NCBI GenBank assembly: GCA_051382305.1
Contig: JBBCAV010000429.1
Location: 1 to 34,035 of the forward strand
Length of the DNA stretch: 34,035 bases
From: Bdellovibrionota bacterium FG-2
Lineage (GTDB): Bacteria > Bdellovibrionota > UBA1018
Direction: 5' to 3'
The notes under the pieces were generated by a model that saw only the letters and a list, made by a program, of their open reading frames with translations, had not been told where the DNA came from and did no database searches. The first letter of the stretch is position 1. Each line of letters opens with the position of its first letter. Below, piece by piece: positions 10,140 through 18,454 of the stretch. Both the position numbers and the translations under genes were made by a program.

Positions 10140-11378
10140 ATGAAGAAACCCGAACTCCTTGCCCCTGCGGGCGATTTTGAGAAGTTGAAATTCGCTTTTG
10201 CTTACGGCGCGGATGCAGTCTATGCCGGGCTACCGATGTTTTCACTCAGAACGCGTGAAAATCGTTTTGATTTGGATTTCGTAAAAAAGGGTATCGACTA
10301 CGCCCACGCCTTAGGTCGCAAGATTTACATTACTGCAAATATTTACGCCCACAATCTTAAGATTGAGCCTTTTCTTGAGGCCATGGAACACGTTGTGCCC
10401 CTCGGGGCAGATGCTTACATTATGAGCGATCCCGGGCTCATCGATCTCGTCCGCGAGAAACACCCAAAAGCTGTCATTCACCTTTCGACCCAAGCCAATA
10501 ACACGAATTGGGCGCAAGTGCGTTTTTGGAAGAAGCTAGGAATTTCGCGCATTATTTTGGCCCGTGAACTCATGCTTTCGGAAATTCGAGAGATTGTCGA
10601 GAAGAATCCCGACATCGAGATGGAAGCCTTCGTCCATGGAGCCATGTGCATGTCCTACTCTGGACGCTGTCTGCTTTCTGATTATATGACGGGAAGGCCG
10701 TCGAACTCAGGGTCTTGCACCCAAAGTTGCCGCTGGCCCTATAAGGTTTATGTCGAAGAGCCACGGCGTCCCGAGAAGTTCATGCCCGTCGAAGAAGATG
10801 AACATGGAAGCTACATTTTTAACTCCAAGGACCTTTGCACCATTGAACTGCTTCCTGCGATTCTCCAAACCGGAATCTCTTCGATAAAGATTGAAGGTCG
10901 AAACAAGAATTTTCTCTATCTTGCCACCGTCACGCGCGCCTACCGACAGGCCATCGATGCTTGCCTTAGTGGAGACTTCGAAGAAAAGCTTCCGGCGCTT
11001 TTGGATGAACTCAGATCAATCGACTATCGAGGCTACACCCGCGGCTTCTTTGAGGGGCCACTCGACAACAAGATGAACTACGATCTGAGCAGCTCCGCAA
11101 CGAGAGAATTTGGAGGAAAGGTTGTCCAGCTTCACACCGATGGCTGGGTCGAAATTGACATCAAGAACAAGCTTTCAGTCGGTGACACTATCGAATGGAT
11201 CACCCCAGACCGCGGAGTTCTCAAAGAAACCCTCACCCAAATTCGAACTTATGAGGATCTTGAGATTCAGACGCTCTCAGCAGGCTCCAACCGCAATCCA
11301 AAAATACACTCCACGCACCGTCTTGACGAATATTGTCTGCTGCGGACAGTAATTCGAAGTAAGGGTCTCACCTGTTGA
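10140..11378 (+). CDS. trhP: U32-family Fe-S protein, probable prephenate-dependent tRNA U34 hydroxylase (TrhP/YegQ-like)
   Basis: Motifs KPELLAPAG, HLSTQAN, EAFVHGAMC, C-x6-C-x15-C-x3-C (CMSYSGRC...CTQSC), FNSKDL and SIKIEGR are present. The 412-aa size with a U32 C-terminal domain fits TrhP better than the larger RlhA or shorter UbiU. Confidence 0.8.
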   Translation: MKKPELLAPAGDFEKLKFAFAYGADAVYAGLPMFSLRTRENRFDLDFVKKGIDYAHALGRKIYITANIYAHNLKIEPFLEAMEHVVPLGADAYIMSDPGLIDLVREKHPKAVIHLSTQANNTNWAQVRFWKKLGISRIILARELMLSEIREIVEKNPDIEMEAFVHGAMCMSYSGRCLLSDYMTGRPSNSGSCTQSCRWPYKVYVEEPRRPEKFMPVEEDEHGSYIFNSKDLCTIELLPAILQTGISSIKIEGRNKNFLYLATVTRAYRQAIDACLSGDFEEKLPALLDELRSIDYRGYTRGFFEGPLDNKMNYDLSSSATREFGGKVVQLHTDGWVEIDIKNKLSVGDTIEWITPDRGVLKETLTQIRTYEDLEIQTLSAGSNRNPKIHSTHRLDEYCLLRTVIRSKGLTC

Positions 11379-11689
11379 ACCTCTCCGCCACAACATAGGA
11401 TCCCGAAAGTTCTCGGCAAGCAGATGCAAAATCCTCATGCCATATTGCCAGCTCTATCATTTGATCAGAGTAGAGTTGCATCCTTCCAACAAGTAGTTCA
11501 GGGCGAACCCGAAGCTCGTACACGTTTTTTGGCCCCCACCGATAGGCGAGCTTCTGAATTCTTTTCAATAAGGCGGATCATTCGATTCAATGAAGTATCC
11601 TGACACTCCGAAGATATTGCAGCAAAAGCATTTTTCTCGGGGATCAGTGAAGTTACCAACAAAAATGCCAACGCATAAAAAGTAGTCAT
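11368..11689 (-). pseudogene. Small exported protein split by a 1-nt frameshift
   Basis: A signal peptide (MTTFYALAFLLVTSLIPEKNAFA) starts ORF 11689-11498. Removing one base near the A4 run (11562-11565) joins it to ORF 11568-11368, giving about 106 aa. Confidence 0.5.
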
Positions 11690-11712
11690 ATGGTCATATG
11701 AATGATGAGATT

Positions 11713-11729
11713 AGCAACCCACATGCCCC
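11713..11729 (-). promoter_or_regulatory. Putative sigma-54 (-24/-12) promoter
   Basis: The minus strand reads GGGGCATGTGGGTTGCT, matching GG-N10-GC with GGCAYG...TTGCW, just upstream of the 11689 gene. Confidence 0.5.
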
Positions 11730-11837
11730 TGATTTCTCGCATTTCGCAGGAACAAATGCACCGAAAACACTACAATTTTCGCAACCGAATGTGAACTAGG
11801 TCTTTCGGGACTGTACTAAAAGAGGTGCACAGCATGC

Positions 11838-11854
11838 TTGGTGTATCGTTTGCA
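11838..11854 (+). promoter_or_regulatory. Putative sigma-54 promoter
   Basis: TTGGTGTATCGTTTGCA matches TGG-N8-TTGCA, upstream of the GGAG RBS and ATG at 11898. Confidence 0.45.
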
Positions 11855-11897
11855 GGACTACGAGCACGCGCCTTAAAAATGAACTCTGGAGAACTTT

Positions 11898-12986
11898 ATG
11901 CAGACTGATCGCATCACGTCCTCTTACTTTGTTTCTCTCCTTACTCTAGTCCTTACGATCGGGGCGATCGGACTTGCCGGGTGCACCACCATGAGCATCC
12001 CCATTAAGCCGCTCCCCCCCGGGACCGATCTCGAAAACGAATTTCCAAAAATCGAGAGTCAACTGAGCGCAGCTAAAGAAAACGACGTCGATTATCTTTC
12101 GGCAACGCATTACGCAAAAGCTGAGGCTGCATTGAATCAGGCACGGGAGCAAAGCATTCAAGGCGCGTCCTACAATGAGATCGCAGAGAAACTTGCCGAA
12201 GCTCAATCATTTTTGGCTCACGCTGAGAATCGCGCCGCGATAGCGCGTGGCCTTTTAAAAGACACGCGTGAGGCGCGAGCCAATGCGATTGCTGTCGATG
12301 CAGAGCAATACTTTCCAAAGATTTTAGAAAAGGCCGACACCAAACTTCTTGCCATGGCTCTACTCATCGAAGAGGGTGAAACGCCCTTTTCCCAAAGCGA
12401 CAACGCCGAGCTCGTCGATATCTATAAGAGACTTGAAATCTCTTCGGCTCGAATTTGCTTTTTGCGCGCTCCACAAAAGATCCTCGGAGACGCCCTAAAT
12501 CTTGGGGCCGCACAGTGGGCACCGAAAACGCTGCAAAAAGCCAAAGCAACGCTTGCCGCGCTGGATCGGCAAATCCATCTCAACTGCAGAGACACAGAGC
12601 GAGTTCAGATACTTTCGGCGCGGGCGAACCGGGAAACCGATCTGCTTTTCAGAGTTACCCAACAGAGTAAACTGATTCAGAGTGGCAATCCCGAAGAAAT
12701 CGCTCTGCGAAATGAAACGATCAAGACCCTTCAATCATACTTTCCCCCCGGCGAAGCAACCGTCACCCTGGAGGGGGATCGCTTTGGAATTCAACTCAAA
12801 GGGCTCTTTCAAGAAAACGCAACTGTCATTATTCCGGAGCGGGTTTCCCTGCTAGAGAAGGCTAAACAGGTTCAGGCCGAGTTCGAAGAACCTATTTCAA
12901 TAGCTTGTGAGGAACGAGCCAACACTCCGGTCCTATTACAGCTTGAAAGGGCAAAAGTGGTGCAGGAATTTCTGACACAATCCTGA
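11898..12986 (+). CDS. Lipoprotein with helical repeat region and degenerate/truncated OmpA-like C-terminus
   Basis: It has a lipobox (LAGC) and Ala-rich helical segments (YAKAEAALNQA, AEQYFPK, AAQWAPKTLQKA). The C-terminus IQLKGLF...SLLEKAKQV...ERAKVVQEFL resembles the first half of an OmpA_C domain. Confidence 0.65.
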   Translation: MQTDRITSSYFVSLLTLVLTIGAIGLAGCTTMSIPIKPLPPGTDLENEFPKIESQLSAAKENDVDYLSATHYAKAEAALNQAREQSIQGASYNEIAEKLAEAQSFLAHAENRAAIARGLLKDTREARANAIAVDAEQYFPKILEKADTKLLAMALLIEEGETPFSQSDNAELVDIYKRLEISSARICFLRAPQKILGDALNLGAAQWAPKTLQKAKATLAALDRQIHLNCRDTERVQILSARANRETDLLFRVTQQSKLIQSGNPEEIALRNETIKTLQSYFPPGEATVTLEGDRFGIQLKGLFQENATVIIPERVSLLEKAKQVQAEFEEPISIACEERANTPVLLQLERAKVVQEFLTQS

Positions 12987-13002
12987 CGCCGTAGGTCGCA
13001 CC

Positions 13003-13019
13003 TTGGTTCGTAAATTGCT
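13003..13019 (+). promoter_or_regulatory. Putative sigma-54 promoter
   Basis: TTGGTTCGTAAATTGCT matches TGG-N8-TTGCT, upstream of gene 13088. Confidence 0.5.
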
Positions 13020-13087
13020 CATACTGCTACATATTAAATGAAATTTCACGCCAACTAGGTGAGAATAACTACAATGAGGGAGAGAAT

Positions 13088-13627
13088 ATGCGCAGATTGT
13101 TTCTTTTAGCGGGCCTGAGCTTACTTCTAACATCCTATGCCTGGAGCACTTCTTTCGATTCCACGACCATCGCTGATGCGATTCCGAATTGCATGTCGGG
13201 GACCAAAGTACTTGAAAACAACAACGAACAAGTCTTGATCTGGAAGTCAAATACCGCCAATCAGTTTCTTGCACGCGCACACGTCGCGGGTCCAATCACC
13301 CGCCTATTTGCCGATAAAAACGGGCACAACCATTTTGAAATCCAACTTGGAACCGGCACAGATGAGACGCTCGAGGTCATCTACAATAAGTCATTTGGAA
13401 CACTGCCGAAACTTCATCTCGGAATGGAAGTTGAAGCATGCGGCGACTACATCACCTCCACGGCGCAAGCGGGAAGCTACCCACCTTCACCCGATGGAGC
13501 AATTATCCATTGGATACATCGCAATCCCTCCGGACACGGACATGATTCAGGATATCTAGCGATCGATGGGACGCTCTATGGTCAGGGTAATGGGATTTCT
13601 AGAAATTCTGATCCAAGTTCTCCGTGA
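13088..13627 (+). CDS. Exported DUF3465-like protein
   Basis: It has a signal peptide, a strong GAGGGAG RBS, and the pattern H..FEI...YN...G..V.ACGDY...GAIIHWIH.NP.G.GH..GYL.IDG.LY. Confidence 0.7.
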   Translation: MRRLFLLAGLSLLLTSYAWSTSFDSTTIADAIPNCMSGTKVLENNNEQVLIWKSNTANQFLARAHVAGPITRLFADKNGHNHFEIQLGTGTDETLEVIYNKSFGTLPKLHLGMEVEACGDYITSTAQAGSYPPSPDGAIIHWIHRNPSGHGHDSGYLAIDGTLYGQGNGISRNSDPSSP

Positions 13628-14405
13628 CCGTTTCATAAACTTTTCGATAGATCATGTGCGTTCCGAGTGGAATCGGTCCGGTTTCGGAGTAGTGGTCGCC
13701 AGGAAACGCGCCCAGGTCCTCGCCCCAACGCGCAGATTCCACACTCACCATGCCGTCGTTATCGGGAGAGCCCGCATTGGCGACCAGGCCATGAGTCACC
13801 CACAGCCAAGGCACCAACAGATGCGTCACGATAGGCGAAGGAACGTAAAACCCCATGCTGAAATAGCGAATGTCTGATCGATCAACGACATGCTGATTAA
13901 AATTCTCGGCGAGATATTTCGTCGTTAGCTCCTTTGCTGTAATCAGATCGCCGCCAATAAGATTTAAAAGCGAATTCACCACCGGTTCCCCCGACCCTAG
14001 GTGATCCACGATAAAATCCGCAATTGGACTACCGTGGTGTGGGGTCGCAAGGGTCGTAATTGAGAGGCAACGCGAGGCGATTTGAGGATAGCGATGAACG
14101 ACTAAGCGAATATCCAACCCGCCCATGCTGTGCCCGAGGAGGTGAAATTTTCCTTCGGGAACGAGGCGCAGAATTTCTTTTCGCAAAACTGCAGCCCGTT
14201 CCTCGATTGACCCGGCAAAGGGGGTGTGTGCGATAAAGATGTCGTAGCCCAGTTCTTTGAAAGCGCTCTTCATGGGCACAACGGTTTCATAGGGCTCGGC
14301 GGTCATTCCCAATCCGTGAGCAAAAATGATGGGGTCCCGATGAGCGGCCAGGACGCTTGAGATTGGAGAAACCAGAATTAGGAAAACCAAAATATTTTTC
14401 ATCAT
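13599..14405 (-). CDS. Secreted alpha/beta-hydrolase lipase (triacylglycerol lipase-like)
   Basis: It has a signal peptide, oxyanion motif AHGL, nucleophile GHSMGG, TPHHGS, catalytic Asp in NDGMV and catalytic His in GDHY. Confidence 0.9.
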   Translation of the reverse strand: MMKNILVFLILVSPISSVLAAHRDPIIFAHGLGMTAEPYETVVPMKSAFKELGYDIFIAHTPFAGSIEERAAVLRKEILRLVPEGKFHLLGHSMGGLDIRLVVHRYPQIASRCLSITTLATPHHGSPIADFIVDHLGSGEPVVNSLLNLIGGDLITAKELTTKYLAENFNQHVVDRSDIRYFSMGFYVPSPIVTHLLVPWLWVTHGLVANAGSPDNDGMVSVESARWGEDLGAFPGDHYSETGPIPLGTHMIYRKVYETVTENLDQNF

Positions 14406-14542
14406 AGGGTCCCCTCCAGAACACGACGTTAAAGTGGGAAACCCTATAGCAGCTTGTTCAAAAATTCAACGTGCGGCGCACAATGAGGCATCTAACCCAA
14501 GAGTTTCAAGTCATTCTGGCCAGATGCTATACGAATAAACCT

Positions 14543-14570
14543 TTGACATTCAACCTAGAGCCTCTAAGCT
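14543..14570 (+). promoter_or_regulatory. Putative sigma-70 promoter embedded in an inverted repeat
   Basis: TTGACA-N16-TAAGCT lies within TTTGACA...TGTCAAA (14542-14576). Confidence 0.45.
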
Positions 14571-14603
14571 GTCAAAAATCATCTAAGAACTCTGGGGAAA
14601 ACT

Positions 14604-15434
14604 ATGACTACAAAATCAAAGCTGATGCGGATCAGTGCTGTTTCGATAGGTGCGATGTTAGCGTATACGATCGCGATAGGATTCGTAGGCGGTTGCGGAA
14701 CAACGCCCGCTCCAGCGGCGAGCGCAAGTCCAGAGGTTTCGGCAAGTCTGGAGGCGAGCGCTTCGCTTGAGGCCAGGGTTTCACCAGAACCAAGCGCGAG
14801 TCCAAGCCCTGAGGCAAGTCCGACCGCGTCTCCAGTCCCTGTAGTCTACACTTCCGATTCTTTTGATGGGCGAGGCGCAATTGCCTCTACCGACGCTGCG
14901 GCGGGCGGAAGCATTCAACTTTGGCACGTTTCTACAGGGAGTTTTCTCCTGGCCAGCGGTGAGCTCACGAACGCTGGAGGAGGAGGAGGAGGAGGAGGAG
15001 GAGTAACCACTGCAGGTGGATATATTACTGCAACTTCACAAAATTGCGCGGTGCAGGCAACGCTGACCTTCGTATCCGCCTCTCCCTCTAAATACGCCGG
15101 CGTCAGGTTTCGATATGGAATTGGAGATTCTGATGGCTTTGAATTTGGCGCAAATAATTCTAATTATCAATTCAAACAACTCTTGGCTGGGTCTGGTACC
15201 TTAGCAAGTCCAGCAATCACCCCCCATACCGGCGATATTATTCGCGCAGAGGTTTCGGGAAACAACATTATTCTTAAGATCAATGGCACGGATGTGATGT
15301 CTACGAATTTTGTGGGCCTTTCTGATAGTTTTTCTGGGAGTGCCCTCAATAGTATTGCCTATACAGGTTTTGGCGTGATGATTTACGGGGGTGGCGCTCG
15401 GCTTGACAATTTCGTGGTCGAGAACTGTAATTAA
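14604..15434 (+). CDS. Putative lipoprotein with Ala/Ser/Pro linker and beta-sandwich (lectin/ConA-like) domain
   Basis: It has a hydrophobic N-terminus ending VGGC, an ASASP-rich linker and poly-Gly. The beta-rich C-terminus (IRAEVSGNNIILKINGT...GFGV...RLDNFVV) resembles ConA/LamG-like folds. Confidence 0.55.
   Translation: MTTKSKLMRISAVSIGAMLAYTIAIGFVGGCGTTPAPAASASPEVSASLEASASLEARVSPEPSASPSPEASPTASPVPVVYTSDSFDGRGAIASTDAAAGGSIQLWHVSTGSFLLASGELTNAGGGGGGGGGVTTAGGYITATSQNCAVQATLTFVSASPSKYAGVRFRYGIGDSDGFEFGANNSNYQFKQLLAGSGTLASPAITPHTGDIIRAEVSGNNIILKINGTDVMSTNFVGLSDSFSGSALNSIAYTGFGVMIYGGGARLDNFVVENCN
14976..15002 (+). repeat. (GGA)9 trinucleotide repeat encoding Gly9
   Basis: Nine perfect GGA units, in frame. 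Confidence 0.95.
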
Positions 15435-15447
15435 GCAAAGTTTTTGA

Positions 15448-16869
15448 ATGAAAACACGAAATCCAACCTTGCTCCCCGCCCTGGTCCTTCTCGCTGCCTC
15501 ATGGACTCATGCCGAGGCGGGCAATGGAACCATTGATTTCGAGGCCATGACCCAATCCGCGCGCGAATCCCTGGGCGCCCTAGTTGAAGCCAATACCACC
15601 AACCCCCCCGGTAACGAAAAACGAGCCGTTGACATCGTAGCGAGCCGTCTAAAAGCAGTCGGAATTTCCTACGAGATCACCGAATTCGCCCCAGGCCGTC
15701 AGAGCATTGTGGCGAGACTAAAAGGCACCGGCACTAAAAAACCCGTGATGCTCGTTGCACATCTGGATGTCGTCGGGGCGGAGGGACAAACATGGACCGT
15801 CGATCCCCATAAACTCACCGAGAAAGACGGCTACCTTTACGGACGCGGTGTGAACGACATGTTGGGAATGGCCGCCGTGAACCTCGAGATTTTTCTGGCG
15901 CTCAAACGTCAAGGCATCAAACTTCGGCGTGATGTGATTCTAACGCTGGTGGGCGATGAGGAATCCAATGGCGATGGAATTCGCTATATTCTCAAGAACT
16001 CCCCTGAATCGATCAATGCCGGCTTTGTGCTCAATGAAGGCGGGGCGCCCATCCTCGATGAGAAGGGGAACATTCGCTTCGTCACCATTCAAGGCGCTGA
16101 GAAAACCTACCAAGATTTTGAACTCTCGGTTACCGGCAAAACCGGACACTCCTCGGTGCCTTTTCCAGATAACGCAATCTATCGCCTCTCAGGCGCCTTG
16201 GCTCGTCTCGGAAAATTTAAGTTTCCGGCACGACTCCTACCGATTACACGTGCCTATTTTGCGGCTCGAGCCAAGATCGAAAAGCCTGCGATTGCGAACG
16301 CCATGAAGGCGCTTGCGAATTCTCCCGAAAACCCAAAAGCAGCGCTCCCGGAAGCCGCTTTAAAAGTCATCGAAGCAGAGCCCCTGATTGCGCCTAATTT
16401 GCGCACGACCTGTGTTGCCACAATGCTTTCGGCGGGCACACGAGTGAACGCGCTGCCGGCAGGGGCCAAAGCCACCATAAACTGCCGCGTCCTCCCGGAT
16501 GAGACGCTCGACCAAGTGAGAAAAACGCTCCTCGCTGTAATTGCTGATCCGCAAGTCCAATTGAAAACGCTAGACGAATTCGAACGCTCCGACGCCTCGC
16601 CCGTTGCTGGCGCGGATATCGAAACGCTAAAAAAGATAATTCTTCAAACTTGGCCGGGAGTTCCGATTATTCCCTATATGATGTTTGGTGCGACAGATTC
16701 ACGGTTTCTGAGACGAGCAGGAATTCCCTCCTATGGTTTACTCCCAATCGCTGAGACCGAAGACGATGGCCGGCGCTCCCACGGAATCGATGAGCGCATT
16801 CGGGTAAAAAGTTTTCGTGAAGGAATTGAGTTCTTCTATCGACTGATGATTGCGTTAGCAGCCACATGA
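15448..16869 (+). CDS. Exported M20/M25/M40-family metallopeptidase
   Basis: It has a signal peptide and motifs AHLDVV, YGRGVNDM, GDEE, NEGG, GHSSVP, GATDSRF and HGIDER. Confidence 0.92.
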   Translation: MKTRNPTLLPALVLLAASWTHAEAGNGTIDFEAMTQSARESLGALVEANTTNPPGNEKRAVDIVASRLKAVGISYEITEFAPGRQSIVARLKGTGTKKPVMLVAHLDVVGAEGQTWTVDPHKLTEKDGYLYGRGVNDMLGMAAVNLEIFLALKRQGIKLRRDVILTLVGDEESNGDGIRYILKNSPESINAGFVLNEGGAPILDEKGNIRFVTIQGAEKTYQDFELSVTGKTGHSSVPFPDNAIYRLSGALARLGKFKFPARLLPITRAYFAARAKIEKPAIANAMKALANSPENPKAALPEAALKVIEAEPLIAPNLRTTCVATMLSAGTRVNALPAGAKATINCRVLPDETLDQVRKTLLAVIADPQVQLKTLDEFERSDASPVAGADIETLKKIILQTWPGVPIIPYMMFGATDSRFLRRAGIPSYGLLPIAETEDDGRRSHGIDERIRVKSFREGIEFFYRLMIALAAT

Positions 16870-17789
16870 AACTCAAGATCTCCTTTGCACTTCTTATCGC
16901 ACTCTTGACCGCCACCTCTATCGCACCTTCTCATGCCTCTGAGACAGATTCATTCACCACTCGGTACGTTTCTGTTGCCGACGGCTTCCCGCCCGTTAAC
17001 CACGAGGTCAATGAACGGATCACTCGCGCAGTTTCCCAGGCAAACCGAGTTTCTTCATGCAACTTTTTGGTGTTGGAGACGCTTCTGGGGGCCGAGCTAT
17101 TGCGCCCCTTTTATGGCCGCATCGAGCAGTTCGCAAATACTTCGGACCTCGTTCCAAAATCACACACTTTTTTCACCGAATCCATTTACCAAAACGTCCC
17201 TCGCATCAATTACCTCCTGCTTCAGATCGGGGAAAGTATTCTTGGTTTTGGCACTATGATTCACGACGACAAACTGCTCATAGGGACCGACAAATTCGGA
17301 CATTTTTTTGACGAGGGCCATTGGTTTTATCGGGACCTGAACACCACCGCCTCGAATCTCGAACAGGTTTTGGTCAAAAGCGAATTATCAGAAGAAGGGG
17401 CCAACGGCCTGACTTTTGGAGGAATCAAATCCTATGCCGACTTGATTGCCAATTATCAAGGCATGCACTTTTGGTCGGAAATTCTGCAAGAGAAACTCCC
17501 GCAAGGCAAACGCTATCTTAAATGCGAAAAGCAGCAATGGCACCAAATCCGCATTTTTGATTTCAGGGACTATTTAGACGCCGGTTGGGATGAAGCAATA
17601 AACTGCAACGAATATATCAGCCGTGAGTATGAGCACGCTGTTCTTTCAACGATCGCCGCGCTCGAATCAAAACAGGGGCGAAAGCTTCATTGCCCAATCC
17701 GACCCGATGAATGCGTGTTCCTGGCCCACAAATATGGCCCGCTCGCGCCCCGACTTCTCGGACCCAAGTGTCTCGTGAATCGCCTCTAA
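16866..17789 (+). CDS. Exported hypothetical protein, possible metal-dependent hydrolase
   Basis: It has a signal peptide (SHA|SE), an ATGA overlap with the peptidase gene, motifs GTDKFGHFFDEG and SYADLIANYQG, and six Cys. Confidence 0.7.
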   Translation: MKLKISFALLIALLTATSIAPSHASETDSFTTRYVSVADGFPPVNHEVNERITRAVSQANRVSSCNFLVLETLLGAELLRPFYGRIEQFANTSDLVPKSHTFFTESIYQNVPRINYLLLQIGESILGFGTMIHDDKLLIGTDKFGHFFDEGHWFYRDLNTTASNLEQVLVKSELSEEGANGLTFGGIKSYADLIANYQGMHFWSEILQEKLPQGKRYLKCEKQQWHQIRIFDFRDYLDAGWDEAINCNEYISREYEHAVLSTIAALESKQGRKLHCPIRPDECVFLAHKYGPLAPRLLGPKCLVNRL

Positions 17790-18362
17790 AATTCTCTCCG
17801 GCTGAAGAGCAAGAAGTCTCGTTAGTTTTTTCCCGGTGACTGCCGAAAAATCAGGTCCTTCAATCATTTCCGCATCAAAGCTTACGACAAACGATTTTGG
17901 ATTTGCGTCTTCAGGTTTTAAACAAATAAGTCCTGAAACAGCCGCGGCACTCTGCTTGATCCAATCAGGGGAATCAATAAAAGTCATCTCAAGCCGATAC
18001 CCGGTCTCACTCCAAGGCGTGGCGCAAGCAGCAGCACTTTCGCTAATATCGCCCTTTAAATAGGTTTGTAGAGGTACGTGCAACACCCTGACAGTGCCTC
18101 GAATTTCAAACTGCGGACAACCGCGAGGACCTTCGGGATAGAAAAAAACCGATGGGTCTTCAATCTCTGCCGGACGGAGTCGTGCAATCATCTCTTTGAG
18201 ATTACCTACCGCAGCACCAAGCCGTACCTGCGCTTCACTTAAACTAGAGGCGGAAAAAATGTTTTCCGTATAACTTAAATGGACACGATCGCCCGAGTCA
18301 TCCCAAGAAAAAGGCGCCCCGACAAAACCCAACAAAATGAAGAAACACAACCACAGCTTCAC
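17667..18362 (-). CDS. Exported hypothetical protein
   Basis: GTG start with a signal-like N-terminus. It fills the gap between convergent and divergent genes, and its 3' end overlaps the opposite gene by 123 bp. Confidence 0.6.
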   Translation of the reverse strand: MKLWLCFFILLGFVGAPFSWDDSGDRVHLSYTENIFSASSLSEAQVRLGAAVGNLKEMIARLRPAEIEDPSVFFYPEGPRGCPQFEIRGTVRVLHVPLQTYLKGDISESAAACATPWSETGYRLEMTFIDSPDWIKQSAAAVSGLICLKPEDANPKSFVVSFDAEMIEGPDFSAVTGKKLTRLLALQPERILEAIHETLGSEKSGRERAIFVGQEHAFIGSDWAMKLSPLF

Positions 18363-18454
18363 TCTAATTACCTATCATTCGCCGGACTGACCGCAAAGAG
18401 GAAAGCAGGTGATTGACAGCGGCCTATAAACAAGGATAGTTAACGCGTAGAATT

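Noticed and set aside
451-11352. Numerous short alternative-frame and antisense ORFs within the aro operon
   Set aside because: They are fully nested in well-conserved enzyme genes and show no independent coding signals.
10140-11378. U32 protein as a collagenase/protease
   Set aside because: That is a legacy family label. The intact four-Cys Fe-S motif and the context favour a hydroxylase.
17667-17789. 123-bp convergent overlap as functional dual coding
   Set aside because: It is more simply explained as a run-on tail of the minus-strand gene, with no evidence of constraint.
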